From an uncultured Pelagibacteraceae bacterium (GTDB lineage Bacteria; Pseudomonadota; Alphaproteobacteria; Pelagibacterales; Pelagibacteraceae): a DNA stretch of 64,000 nucleotides. The stretch spans positions 84,620 through 148,619 of the forward strand of contig CACGAV010000001.1 of assembly GCA_902571095.1 (NCBI GenBank), read 5' to 3'. Each line of letters begins with the position of its first letter. Within the stretch, counting starts at the first letter, position 1. Below are positions 18,709-26,478 of the stretch, piece by piece. The position numbers were made by a program, and so were the translations under genes. Below the pieces are notes generated by a model. That model did no database searches, was not told the DNA's origin, and saw only the letters and a program-made list of their open reading frames with translations.

Positions 18709-19814
18709 AAAAATTTTCGATATCAAAAACAAGAAGGTTAAGAACTACACCATTTACTTCAAGATTGGAAAAATATGGTGTTGGTGGTTATACGGTATAC
18801 AATCATATGTTATTACCTACGTTTTTTAGATCTGTTGAAGAAGAGTATGAACACCTTAAAAATCACGTACAGCTATGGGATGTATCTGTACAAAGACAAA
18901 TAGAAGTTTATGGTCCCGACTCATACAAGCTAATACAACTTATGACTTGTAGAGATTTATCAAAGGCAAAAGTTAACAAGTGTTATTATGTTCCATTAAT
19001 AGATAAAGATGCAAATATGGTAAATGATCCATTAATTTTAAAAGTCGAGGATTATAAATGGAGAATATGTATTGCAGATTCTGATGTAATTTTTTTTGCA
19101 AAGGGAATAGCAGGATCTTTCAATTTAAATGTAAAAGTATTTGAAACTAATATTTCCACACTTGCTGTACAAGGACCTAAATCAGAAAAATTAATGGCAA
19201 AAGTCTTTGGTGAGAAAATTATTAAACTTAAATTTTTTAATTTTGAATATTTTAATTATAATAATATGAAATTTATGATTTCAAAATCAGGTTTTTCTAA
19301 ACAAGGAGGATATGAAATTTATATAGATAATTTAAAATCTGGTTTAGAATTATACGACCAATTCATAAAAATAGGGAATGAATTTAACTTAAAACCAGGC
19401 TGCCCAAATGCTATTGAAAGAATTGAAGGTGCTTTATTATCTTATGGTAATGATATGGATAACGGTGATAATCCTTTAGAATGTGGTTTAGAAAAGTATG
19501 TTAATTTAAATAATGATATTAATTTTTTAGGAAAAAATTCATTATTAAAAATAAAATCTATTGGTATCAAAAGAAAGTTGATGGGTGTTAAGATTGATTT
19601 AAACGAAATAAATTTGACTCAAGAAATCAAATTATCAGACGAGACCAATAACTTGGTTGGTTTCTTGAGATCAGCGGCTTATTCACCTAAATTTAAAAAA
19701 GTTGTTGGTATAGCTATGATAAATGAAAAATATTGGAACGGATCTAATAGTTTTCAATTAACAATTGATGATAAAAAAATCTCAGGAGAAATTTGCAGTT
19801 TACCAATTAAATAA
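18705..19814 (+). CDS. dmdA: Dimethylsulfoniopropionate demethylase (GcvT-family aminomethyltransferase)
   Basis: 369 aa. Close to the Pelagibacter DmdA sequence as I recall it (MKKFSISKTRRLR.., YTVYNHMLLPT, LMTCRDLSK, ADSDVIFFAKG, SKQGGYE, LLSYGND). Confidence 0.9.
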   Translation: MKKFSISKTRRLRTTPFTSRLEKYGVGGYTVYNHMLLPTFFRSVEEEYEHLKNHVQLWDVSVQRQIEVYGPDSYKLIQLMTCRDLSKAKVNKCYYVPLIDKDANMVNDPLILKVEDYKWRICIADSDVIFFAKGIAGSFNLNVKVFETNISTLAVQGPKSEKLMAKVFGEKIIKLKFFNFEYFNYNNMKFMISKSGFSKQGGYEIYIDNLKSGLELYDQFIKIGNEFNLKPGCPNAIERIEGALLSYGNDMDNGDNPLECGLEKYVNLNNDINFLGKNSLLKIKSIGIKRKLMGVKIDLNEINLTQEIKLSDETNNLVGFLRSAAYSPKFKKVVGIAMINEKYWNGSNSFQLTIDDKKISGEICSLPIK

Positions 19815-19816
19815 AA

Positions 19817-20101
19817 ATGAGAAAAGCAAAAATTTATAACCCGTCAAAAACTGCCACTCAATCTGGCAAGGGAAAGACTAAAAAATGGATTTTAAAATTT
19901 GAATCTAGACATGGATATACCAATCCACTAATGGGGTGGGAGTCCAGCGATGATACATTATCAGAAATTCAACTTGAGTTTGATACAAAAGATGAGGCAA
20001 TAAAATATGCAAAAAAAAATAATATTACCTTTGAACTCATTGACTCAAAAAAAGTAAATTATATTATTAAATCTTATTCTGATAACTTTATGAAAGACTA
20101 G
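19817..20101 (+). CDS. ETC complex I NDUFS4-like small protein (alphaproteobacterial stand-alone homologue)
   Basis: 94 aa. Family-typical A.IY.PSK.A.QSG, NPLMGW.SS.D, and F....A..YA. Confidence 0.75.
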   Translation: MRKAKIYNPSKTATQSGKGKTKKWILKFESRHGYTNPLMGWESSDDTLSEIQLEFDTKDEAIKYAKKNNITFELIDSKKVNYIIKSYSDNFMKD

Positions 20102-20102
20102 T

Positions 20103-21107
20103 ATGTGGAGAAGTTTCTTTACTGAAAAAAAATGGCTTGTTTGGTCTTGGGGAGGAGCGCTATTTATTTTTTTATCATTGCTTTCCCAAACGTGGATAGA
20201 TGTTAAAATAAACGAGTGGTACAAGGGATTTTACGATCTTCTTCAAAAAGCTACTGAAAGAGACATATCTGAATTTTATGATGGTCTAATTTTATTCATG
20301 AAATTGGCAATTCCTTATGTAATTATCTATACAGTAACTAATTATTTCACAAGACTCTGGGCATTTAGATGGAGAGAAGCAATGACTTTTTCATATATGC
20401 CTTATTGGAGAAAAATTGACGCAAAAGTTGAAGGCGCATCTCAGAGAATTCAAGAAGATTGTATGAATTTTGCTAAAATTGTTGAGAGTTTAGGACTTCA
20501 AGTAGTAAGAGCTATAATGCTATTAATTGCATTTATACCAATATTGTGGGGTTTGTCATCAAATGTAGTTATTCCTTTTTTTAAAGATATTTCTGGATCT
20601 CTGGTCTGGGTTTCACTTACTGCTAGTCTAGGTGGTTTAATAATCAGTTGGTTGGTTGGAATTAAACTTCCTGGTTTAGAATATAATAATCAAAAGGTTG
20701 AAGCAGCATTTAGAAAAGAACTTGTATATGGTGAAGATGATAGAAAAAATTATGTTAAGCCACCAACCATTCTCGAATTATTTTCAGGTATAAAATTTAA
20801 TTATCATAGATTATTTCTTCATTACGGTTACTTTGATTTGTGGTTGATAATGTACAACCAATCAATGATTATTGTACCTTATGTTCTAATGGGCCCAGGT
20901 TTATTTACTGGAGCAATGACTCTTGGTATACTTATACAAACATCAAGTGCATTTAGAGAAGTGCAAAGCAGTTTTTCATTATTTTTGCAAAATTGGACAA
21001 GGATCACTGAACTAAGATCTATTTATAAAAGATTAAATGAATTTGAAAAGGCAATTGAATTTAATAAACCCTTGAGAAAACCAAAAAAATCTGATGTAAG
21101 AGCTTAA
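20103..21107 (+). CDS. SbmA/BacA-like inner-membrane peptide/antimicrobial uptake transporter (short form)
   Basis: Long collinear matches to E. coli SbmA as recalled (WY..FYDL.Q, FRWR.AM, EGA.QR.QED, IKLPGLE..NQ.VEAA.RKELVYGEDD, SIYKRL..FE). Confidence 0.85.
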   Translation: MWRSFFTEKKWLVWSWGGALFIFLSLLSQTWIDVKINEWYKGFYDLLQKATERDISEFYDGLILFMKLAIPYVIIYTVTNYFTRLWAFRWREAMTFSYMPYWRKIDAKVEGASQRIQEDCMNFAKIVESLGLQVVRAIMLLIAFIPILWGLSSNVVIPFFKDISGSLVWVSLTASLGGLIISWLVGIKLPGLEYNNQKVEAAFRKELVYGEDDRKNYVKPPTILELFSGIKFNYHRLFLHYGYFDLWLIMYNQSMIIVPYVLMGPGLFTGAMTLGILIQTSSAFREVQSSFSLFLQNWTRITELRSIYKRLNEFEKAIEFNKPLRKPKKSDVRA

Positions 21108-22006
21108 TGGAGCTCTATCTCAAACTTATTGATGTTCTTTTTCCGGTCTTTTTTATAATTGGTGTTGGTTATTACATTGGCAAAAGAGATCGTAAATTCG
21201 ACACTAAATTCATAACTGATTTTGCAGGAACAATAGGTACACCTGCTATGATATTTTATACTATTACAACAACCGGAGTAACTTTAGAAATTTTTATTGA
21301 GTACTTTCTTTATGCAGTTATAATTTTATCTGCTTTTGCATTTATTGGTTTTATTTTTTTAATACTTCTTAAAAAAGATCCAATTGCAGAATTACCACCC
21401 ATGTTTTTACCAAATACTGGAAATATGGGTGTTCCAATTTGTTTGTTCGCATACGGTACCGCTGGACTCGGTGTTGCTTCTGCAATTGCTTCAGTAATAA
21501 TTTTATTCCATTTTACTATTGGAATTTTATTAGCTAGTAAAAAGTTTTCTTTAGAAGTTTTAGTTAAAAATGGTCCAATATATGGAATCATTTTATCTTT
21601 ATTTTTTTTATATTTTGATTGGGACGTCCCCGGATTTTTAGAGAACACTACATTCCTACTGACTTACACTACTATATTTTTAGTTTTGATGTCTTTAGGA
21701 GTAGCTTTAACAAGGCTTAAGGTTGTGTCATGGACACATGCAGCTATTTTAGGTTCTGTCAGAGTAATATTGGGTCCAATAATAGGTTTCTCGCTTATTA
21801 AATTTTTAGATTTGTCTGGTTTTATGGCTGGTGTTCTCCTTATACAATCTGCAATGCCAAGTGCTGTCCTTACGTACTTAGTTGGATCTATGTATTCAAA
21901 AAAGAGGGCAGTGGACAATATTGCAAGTGTAATCGTATCTTCTACTTTGATGTCTTTTATTACAATTCCCGTAGTTGTTTACCTTTCATTAAGATTTTTC
22001 AATTAA
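21107..22006 (+). CDS. AEC-family (auxin efflux carrier-like) membrane transporter
   Basis: 299 aa, about 10 TM segments. N terminus typical of the Mem_trans family (..LFPVFFIIGVGYYIGKR..). Confidence 0.75.
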   Translation: MELYLKLIDVLFPVFFIIGVGYYIGKRDRKFDTKFITDFAGTIGTPAMIFYTITTTGVTLEIFIEYFLYAVIILSAFAFIGFIFLILLKKDPIAELPPMFLPNTGNMGVPICLFAYGTAGLGVASAIASVIILFHFTIGILLASKKFSLEVLVKNGPIYGIILSLFFLYFDWDVPGFLENTTFLLTYTTIFLVLMSLGVALTRLKVVSWTHAAILGSVRVILGPIIGFSLIKFLDLSGFMAGVLLIQSAMPSAVLTYLVGSMYSKKRAVDNIASVIVSSTLMSFITIPVVVYLSLRFFN

Positions 22007-22050
22007 GTAAGTAATGCTTACTTAATAATTAAAGTATTACTTTAAGTAAT
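22003..22050. repeat. Two adjacent palindromes sharing a TTAAGTAA-like arm (candidate recombinase site or AU-rich terminator)
   Basis: TTAAGTAAG-taatg-CTTACTTAA (22003-22025). TTAAAGTA-t-TACTTTAA (22029-22045). A third arm copy TTAAGTAAT lies at 22042-22050. The array overlaps the AEC stop codon. Confidence 0.6.
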
Positions 22051-22296
22051 TGATTTATATTATTGTTTTAATTGAATAATTTTGAAATTATAAAATAAAT
22101 ATAAAATTGAGGTATTTATTAAGGATTTATTGATATTTATAAAAAGGGCAGTAAAAACGACAATTTACAAAAAATTCAATCTTAATAATACGTAAAAACA
22201 AGCCAAATCATCAGTTTTATAAGTTTTAAAATTAAGGATCTTAAAATTAAATGCGAAGCATTGCAGTATACGAATATAGCGTTTAAAGAGCCATAT

Positions 22297-22340
22297 ATAG
22301 GCCTATTTTAAGCATTTGTTAATATAGGCTCTAATACATC
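22297..22340. terminator. Stem-loop in the convergent spacer (candidate terminator for the minus-strand 136-aa ORF, or a structured RNA)
   Basis: GAGCC(a)TATAT at 22297-22307 pairs with ATATAGGCTC at 22331-22340: 10 bp, one bulge, 23-nt loop. On the minus strand it is followed by TTTAAA. No folding energy was computed. Confidence 0.3.
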
Positions 22341-22430
22341 CCTTAAAACCTGGTTTTTTGAAAAATTACACCCATAGATTGCAAAAAACGTTGAAAAATA
22401 AGGGTTATTTCGTTATAAAACACCACTTTT

Positions 22431-22841
22431 TTAGGGGTTTTTTTGATATCTAGCGTACTTTTTACTACCTTTATTTGGACCTACAAATATTATCGTCCAG
22501 GCCGATTTACCTTCTGGGATCTTTAAACTATGTCTGTCGGTACCCTTTCTAAAGCCCATATAGCCAGGCCCTCTCCAAAAAGTCCCGTTTACTCTAGTTT
22601 CCCAGTATCCACCTTTAACAACTATAGTAAAATAAGACCAATAATGGTCATGTAAATCGCCTCTGTCGCTTTTAAGGATCTGATGTACAAAAATATTGAA
22701 AGGGAACCACTTGGGTCTTTTACGAAATAATGGATAATATCTAATCATAAATGGCTCTGCTTTATCATAATCTGGCCAGCTGGGACCTCGATCCATGACA
22801 ATTCTTTTTCTAGACTCAAACATAGATATATATTTAATCAC
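22431..22841 (-). CDS. Hypothetical small protein with HxH...H motif (possible mini-cupin), function unknown
   Basis: 136-aa ORF from GTG 22841 (alternative ATG at 22823). Not low-complexity (W/Y/G/P-rich); motif GDLHDHYWSYFTIVVKGGYWE...DRHS. About 37% GC in the 120 nt I counted. Confidence 0.6.
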   Translation of the reverse strand: MIKYISMFESRKRIVMDRGPSWPDYDKAEPFMIRYYPLFRKRPKWFPFNIFVHQILKSDRGDLHDHYWSYFTIVVKGGYWETRVNGTFWRGPGYMGFRKGTDRHSLKIPEGKSAWTIIFVGPNKGSKKYARYQKNP

Positions 22842-22904
22842 TTGACTTTAAAAATCATCTATTATATTAGTAATGATAATTAATTGTTATCAATAGTAAT
22901 AGAT

Positions 22905-23864
22905 ATGACCAAACTAGTTACAGACCTAAAAGCATTACATGAAGAAACTTTAAACAACCTTAAAAGTTCAAAGGCCAGCAATACTATAAGAGCTTATAAG
23001 TCAGATTTTAAGGATTTCGGAGCTTTCTGTGCTAAGCATGGCCTCAAATCTTTACCTACAGAACCAAAAATAATCTCGTTATATCTTACTTATTTATCTG
23101 GTAATGAAGCTAAGATGAGTACTTTAAGGCGTAGATTGGTGTCAATAAGCATGATCCATAAGCATAAAGGACATTATTTGGATACAAAACATCCGGTTAT
23201 TATTGAAAACCTCATGGGAATAAAGCGAACAAAAGGTAGTATTCAAAGAGGAAAAAAACCAATATTAATCAATCATTTAAAAGCAATTATTAAAGTAATA
23301 AATGAAGACAAAATAGACGAAATTAAAAAAATTAGAGACAAAAGCATCATCCTAACCGGTTTTAGCGGAGGGTTTAGAAGAACAGAATTGATATCTATAG
23401 ATTATGAGGATCTTGAGTTTGTTCCTGAAGGAATAAAAATCATTCTTAGAAGATCGAAAACAGACCAATTTGGTGAGGGCATGATTAAAGGACTCCCCTA
23501 CTTTTCTAACAAGGAATATTGTCCGGTATCTCACCTAAAGAAATGGATAGATATATCAAAAATTAAAGAAGGGCCAATTTTTAGAAGATTTTCAAAAGGA
23601 GCATCACTAACACCTCATAGATTAACTGACCAATCGGTAGTTTTAATAATAAAAAGATATTTAGAAATGGCCGGAATAGATAATAAAAACTATTCAGGAC
23701 ACAGTTTGAGATCAGGGTTTGCAACAGTTTCAGCTGAATCTGGAGCTGATGAAAGAAGTATTATGGCCATGACAGGTCATAAATCAACTCAAATGGTTAG
23801 AAGGTATATTAAGGAAGCAAACCTGTTTAAAAACAATGCTTTAAATAAAGTTAAAATAATTTAG
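22905..23864 (+). CDS. Tyrosine site-specific recombinase/integrase, Cre-like
   Basis: N-terminal SAM-like core-binding domain (TIRAYKSDFKDF). Catalytic set: R in GGFRRTEL, GHSLRSG (H-x-x-R), TGHKS, Y in VRRYIKE. RRSKTDQ resembles Cre GRTKT. The ATG at 22905 is preferred over the TTG at 22884. Confidence 0.9.
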   Translation: MTKLVTDLKALHEETLNNLKSSKASNTIRAYKSDFKDFGAFCAKHGLKSLPTEPKIISLYLTYLSGNEAKMSTLRRRLVSISMIHKHKGHYLDTKHPVIIENLMGIKRTKGSIQRGKKPILINHLKAIIKVINEDKIDEIKKIRDKSIILTGFSGGFRRTELISIDYEDLEFVPEGIKIILRRSKTDQFGEGMIKGLPYFSNKEYCPVSHLKKWIDISKIKEGPIFRRFSKGASLTPHRLTDQSVVLIIKRYLEMAGIDNKNYSGHSLRSGFATVSAESGADERSIMAMTGHKSTQMVRRYIKEANLFKNNALNKVKII

Positions 23865-24537
23865 AAAAAAATTTTTTAGTTTTTTCAAAAAAAGATGCTT
23901 TAGGTTTGTTTTTATACAAATAAATTTTACTTGGATTTTTAGAAATCACAGCAATATTCTGAAAAAAATTAATATTATTAATCATACCGTTAAATTTATT
24001 TTTTTTATAAAAAGGACGATCAAAATTTTCGTAGTTTACTGAATCTACTAACGATTTTAAAAAATTGATCGACGTACCTTTTTTATTAAGATTAAGTCTA
24101 CTTCCACCATATCTAGGATAATAAGAGTAATGTAAATCTTCAACGAAATACAAACCACCATCGCTTAAGTAATCAAAAAGATAATTAAAAGATTTTATGA
24201 CGTGGCTTGAAATATGACTTCCATCATCAATAATAATGTCAAAATATTTATATTTACCCACAATTTCAGCAAGAAATTTTAGATCTGTTTGATCGCCAAA
24301 GAAAAGTTCAACATTTTTAATATTAAGGTCAATCGGTTTAATATCTAGACCAACTATTTCAGAATTTTTAAAATATTCACTCCAAACTTTTAAACTCGGA
24401 CCCTTATCAATACCTATTTCAAGAATTTTTAATTTTTTATCTTTTATATCTTTGAAATAGTTCTCATATACATCAATATAGCCCATTTCATATTTATTTG
24501 CTTTGTAAAGCTGCGCTAGTTTTATTAAATCAGACAT
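23851..24537 (-). CDS. Class I SAM-dependent methyltransferase (glycan O-methyltransferase-like)
   Basis: SAM motif I ILEIGIDKG, acidic loop VGLDI, and IIIDDGSH. 228 aa, in the glycan operon. Confidence 0.75.
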   Translation of the reverse strand: MSDLIKLAQLYKANKYEMGYIDVYENYFKDIKDKKLKILEIGIDKGPSLKVWSEYFKNSEIVGLDIKPIDLNIKNVELFFGDQTDLKFLAEIVGKYKYFDIIIDDGSHISSHVIKSFNYLFDYLSDGGLYFVEDLHYSYYPRYGGSRLNLNKKGTSINFLKSLVDSVNYENFDRPFYKKNKFNGMINNINFFQNIAVISKNPSKIYLYKNKPKASFFEKTKKFFSKLF

Positions 24538-25451
24538 TAAACAATCATCCAGTCATTAGGCCAAAAATCATTATTATTAACTCTAAAATTGCTAAAATGA
24601 TTATTAGAGGGTCGTATAACAATACTATTGCTAGATCTCCCTAGCCAAGCACCCCACCAATTAAATGATGATGGTATAACAATAAAATGTTTAGTTTGAG
24701 ACATAAGAAAAAGATCTAAATCGATTTCATTCGTAAATACAGAAGTGTATTGATGTGTTGGAAAATATTTAACGAGGTTTTTATTATCATTAGACCATAA
24801 GAAAAATTTTGGACTTGTTACTTTTGATTTAATTATATCAATTGATTTTTTAATATACTTAATTTGATCATCTACAAAAATATCTGAATTTTCCTTATCT
24901 TTTTTGTTTATAGGTCTTTTTCTTTCTGAAAAACGATTTTGTCTTATGCAAATCGCCACAGACTCACTATTTTTAATATCATGTAATATTTTATTATTTT
25001 CAAATATTTTTATTTTTTTGAATGTAAATTCTTTTTTAATATCGTTAATATAATCTTTGAAATATTTCTCAGTCTCAAAATGACCTTCAACATGCAATAC
25101 ATTTTTAAAACTACTATCCATAGCGTTTTTATTAAAATTAGTTTGTTTATTATTATTTTTTGGTTCAATATAAAAAGCTTTTTTTTTATTTATAATATCA
25201 AGTTTTTTATAAAGCTTTCTTCTGATATAACCCAAGGGACCCAAGAACTTTAATTTATTAGGAGATATTTTTGAAGAAATATCAAATATGTCTAAATCGT
25301 ATTTGTGAATATTGTTCCTTTCTTTGTAAGCAGTTTCATTATCAATAAATAAGTCTCTATTTAATTTTTTCGCAAAAGTATAAGCAGTTGCATACATAAA
25401 CATTTGATTACCAAGATTATTTGATAGTCTAATAATTATTTTATTTTTCAT
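24537..25451 (-). CDS. Glycosyltransferase family 11 (alpha-1,2-fucosyltransferase-like)
   Basis: N-terminal GT11 signature (..RLSNNLGNQMFMYATAY..) and C-terminal S.F.WW.AWL pattern (SSFNWWGAWLG). Confidence 0.75.
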   Translation of the reverse strand: MKNKIIIRLSNNLGNQMFMYATAYTFAKKLNRDLFIDNETAYKERNNIHKYDLDIFDISSKISPNKLKFLGPLGYIRRKLYKKLDIINKKKAFYIEPKNNNKQTNFNKNAMDSSFKNVLHVEGHFETEKYFKDYINDIKKEFTFKKIKIFENNKILHDIKNSESVAICIRQNRFSERKRPINKKDKENSDIFVDDQIKYIKKSIDIIKSKVTSPKFFLWSNDNKNLVKYFPTHQYTSVFTNEIDLDLFLMSQTKHFIVIPSSFNWWGAWLGRSSNSIVIRPSNNHFSNFRVNNNDFWPNDWMIV

Positions 25452-26478
25452 TTTTAAAAGAAAATTTAATTTTTTTAATCGTTTTGTTCATATCCTTCCT
25501 GGGTATTGTAAAATCATATCCAAAATATTTTGGTTTGAATTCATAAAATGAATTTCTGTAGTTTCGATAATCACTCCAGTTATCTATTTTACAATGAAAC
25601 AAATCTAAAACTTTCTGTTTTCTAATTGAACCAAGATTTGTCATCATACCGTGAAATGCTACGACTTTTTTCGCATGTAAAATAGTATTATACAAATCTA
25701 TTCCATCAATATTATCAAAAAATATAATCTTTGATGATTTATCAGTAAATTTTAATGTCTTAAAGTCAAAACTATTGAAATTATCTTTGAAAATTTTTGT
25801 ATTATCATCCAATTTTAAATCTTTTGTTAGAACAACATTTTCAGAAAACCTTAAAAATTCTTTAAATAGCAACTTAAGTTCAGTAATACCCCACCCCAGT
25901 TCTTTTATTGTTTTATTTTTTACATGAAAAAAAATATAATTTTTTGGCAAATATATATTTAAGTTATTGCTTAAGTTTGATTTTAAATTTTGTTTGTTAT
26001 TGATATAATTTTTATTTATTGTTAATTCATTTTGCAATTCCGAAGTCGCTTTTCTTTTAAATTGAGCAGACCTATTATTAATTACATATTTATATAAGAA
26101 TCTTCTAAAAAAAATTGATGGTCTCTTATATCCATTAATGTTATCAACACAAAGTGCATAGAACTTAGTATTCAAAAAAAATATTGGCAAATAAAAGTAA
26201 AAATTTTTTGGAGCTAAAATATAAATTTTGAATATATTATTAAAACATATAAAGAAAAATATTTTAACTTTTTCAAAAATTGATAAATTATAATTTACAA
26301 CCTTAAAAGTGATCTTTTGGTTGTTAATTAAAAAATTAAACTTTTCACTTAATTTAGATATATAAATTGTGATTTTATCAACGTTCTTTTCATTACAAAT
26401 GTTATTTATTGCCTTAAGACTATGAACTAAATCGCCCACGGCATCATTTTTGAAAATAACTACATGTTTACCAGACAT
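25441..26478 (-). CDS. Putative glycosyltransferase, weakly GT9 (heptosyltransferase)-like
   Basis: 345 aa, about 15% GC in the 120-nt sample I counted. Has an N-terminal ..NDAVGDLVHS.. motif and a C-terminal ..FHGMMTNLG.. motif reminiscent of GT9. The similarity is weak. Confidence 0.5.
   Translation of the reverse strand: MSGKHVVIFKNDAVGDLVHSLKAINNICNEKNVDKITIYISKLSEKFNFLINNQKITFKVVNYNLSIFEKVKIFFFICFNNIFKIYILAPKNFYFYLPIFFLNTKFYALCVDNINGYKRPSIFFRRFLYKYVINNRSAQFKRKATSELQNELTINKNYINNKQNLKSNLSNNLNIYLPKNYIFFHVKNKTIKELGWGITELKLLFKEFLRFSENVVLTKDLKLDDNTKIFKDNFNSFDFKTLKFTDKSSKIIFFDNIDGIDLYNTILHAKKVVAFHGMMTNLGSIRKQKVLDLFHCKIDNWSDYRNYRNSFYEFKPKYFGYDFTIPRKDMNKTIKKIKFSFKNEK

Noticed and set aside
21310-21648. 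Long antisense ORFs in the track. Examples: 21310-21648 (112 aa), 34651-34995 (114 aa), 59402-59740 (112 aa), 4430-4741, 28752-29063, 13849-14139, 51516-51812.
   Set aside because: Each lies wholly inside a well-supported gene on the opposite strand. Each has low-complexity, homologue-free sequence and is best explained as a shadow frame.
22007-22430. A tmRNA (ssrA), tRNA fragment or riboswitch hidden in the long spacer.
   Set aside because: I could not see a GC-rich acceptor or T-arm-like segment (GGTTCGA/TTCGAATCC type), a tag reading frame ending in ..AA-stop, or a recognisable riboswitch core. Both flanking genes end here, so a 5' leader element is not expected. A covariance-model scan is still needed.
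22842-22904. A promoter for the recombinase (TTGACT at 22842-22847 with TATATT or TATTAG at 15-17 nt).
   Set aside because: It is plausible, but the -10 choice is ambiguous and the spacer is AT-only. I mention it as context and do not call it a feature.
23835-23841. The shared 7-mer AATGCTT (22013-22019 and 23835-23841), considered as attL/attR direct repeats bracketing the orphan ORF and recombinase.
   Set aside because: It is only 7 nt with loosely similar AT-rich flanks. The second copy lies inside the recombinase coding sequence. A chance match cannot be excluded.
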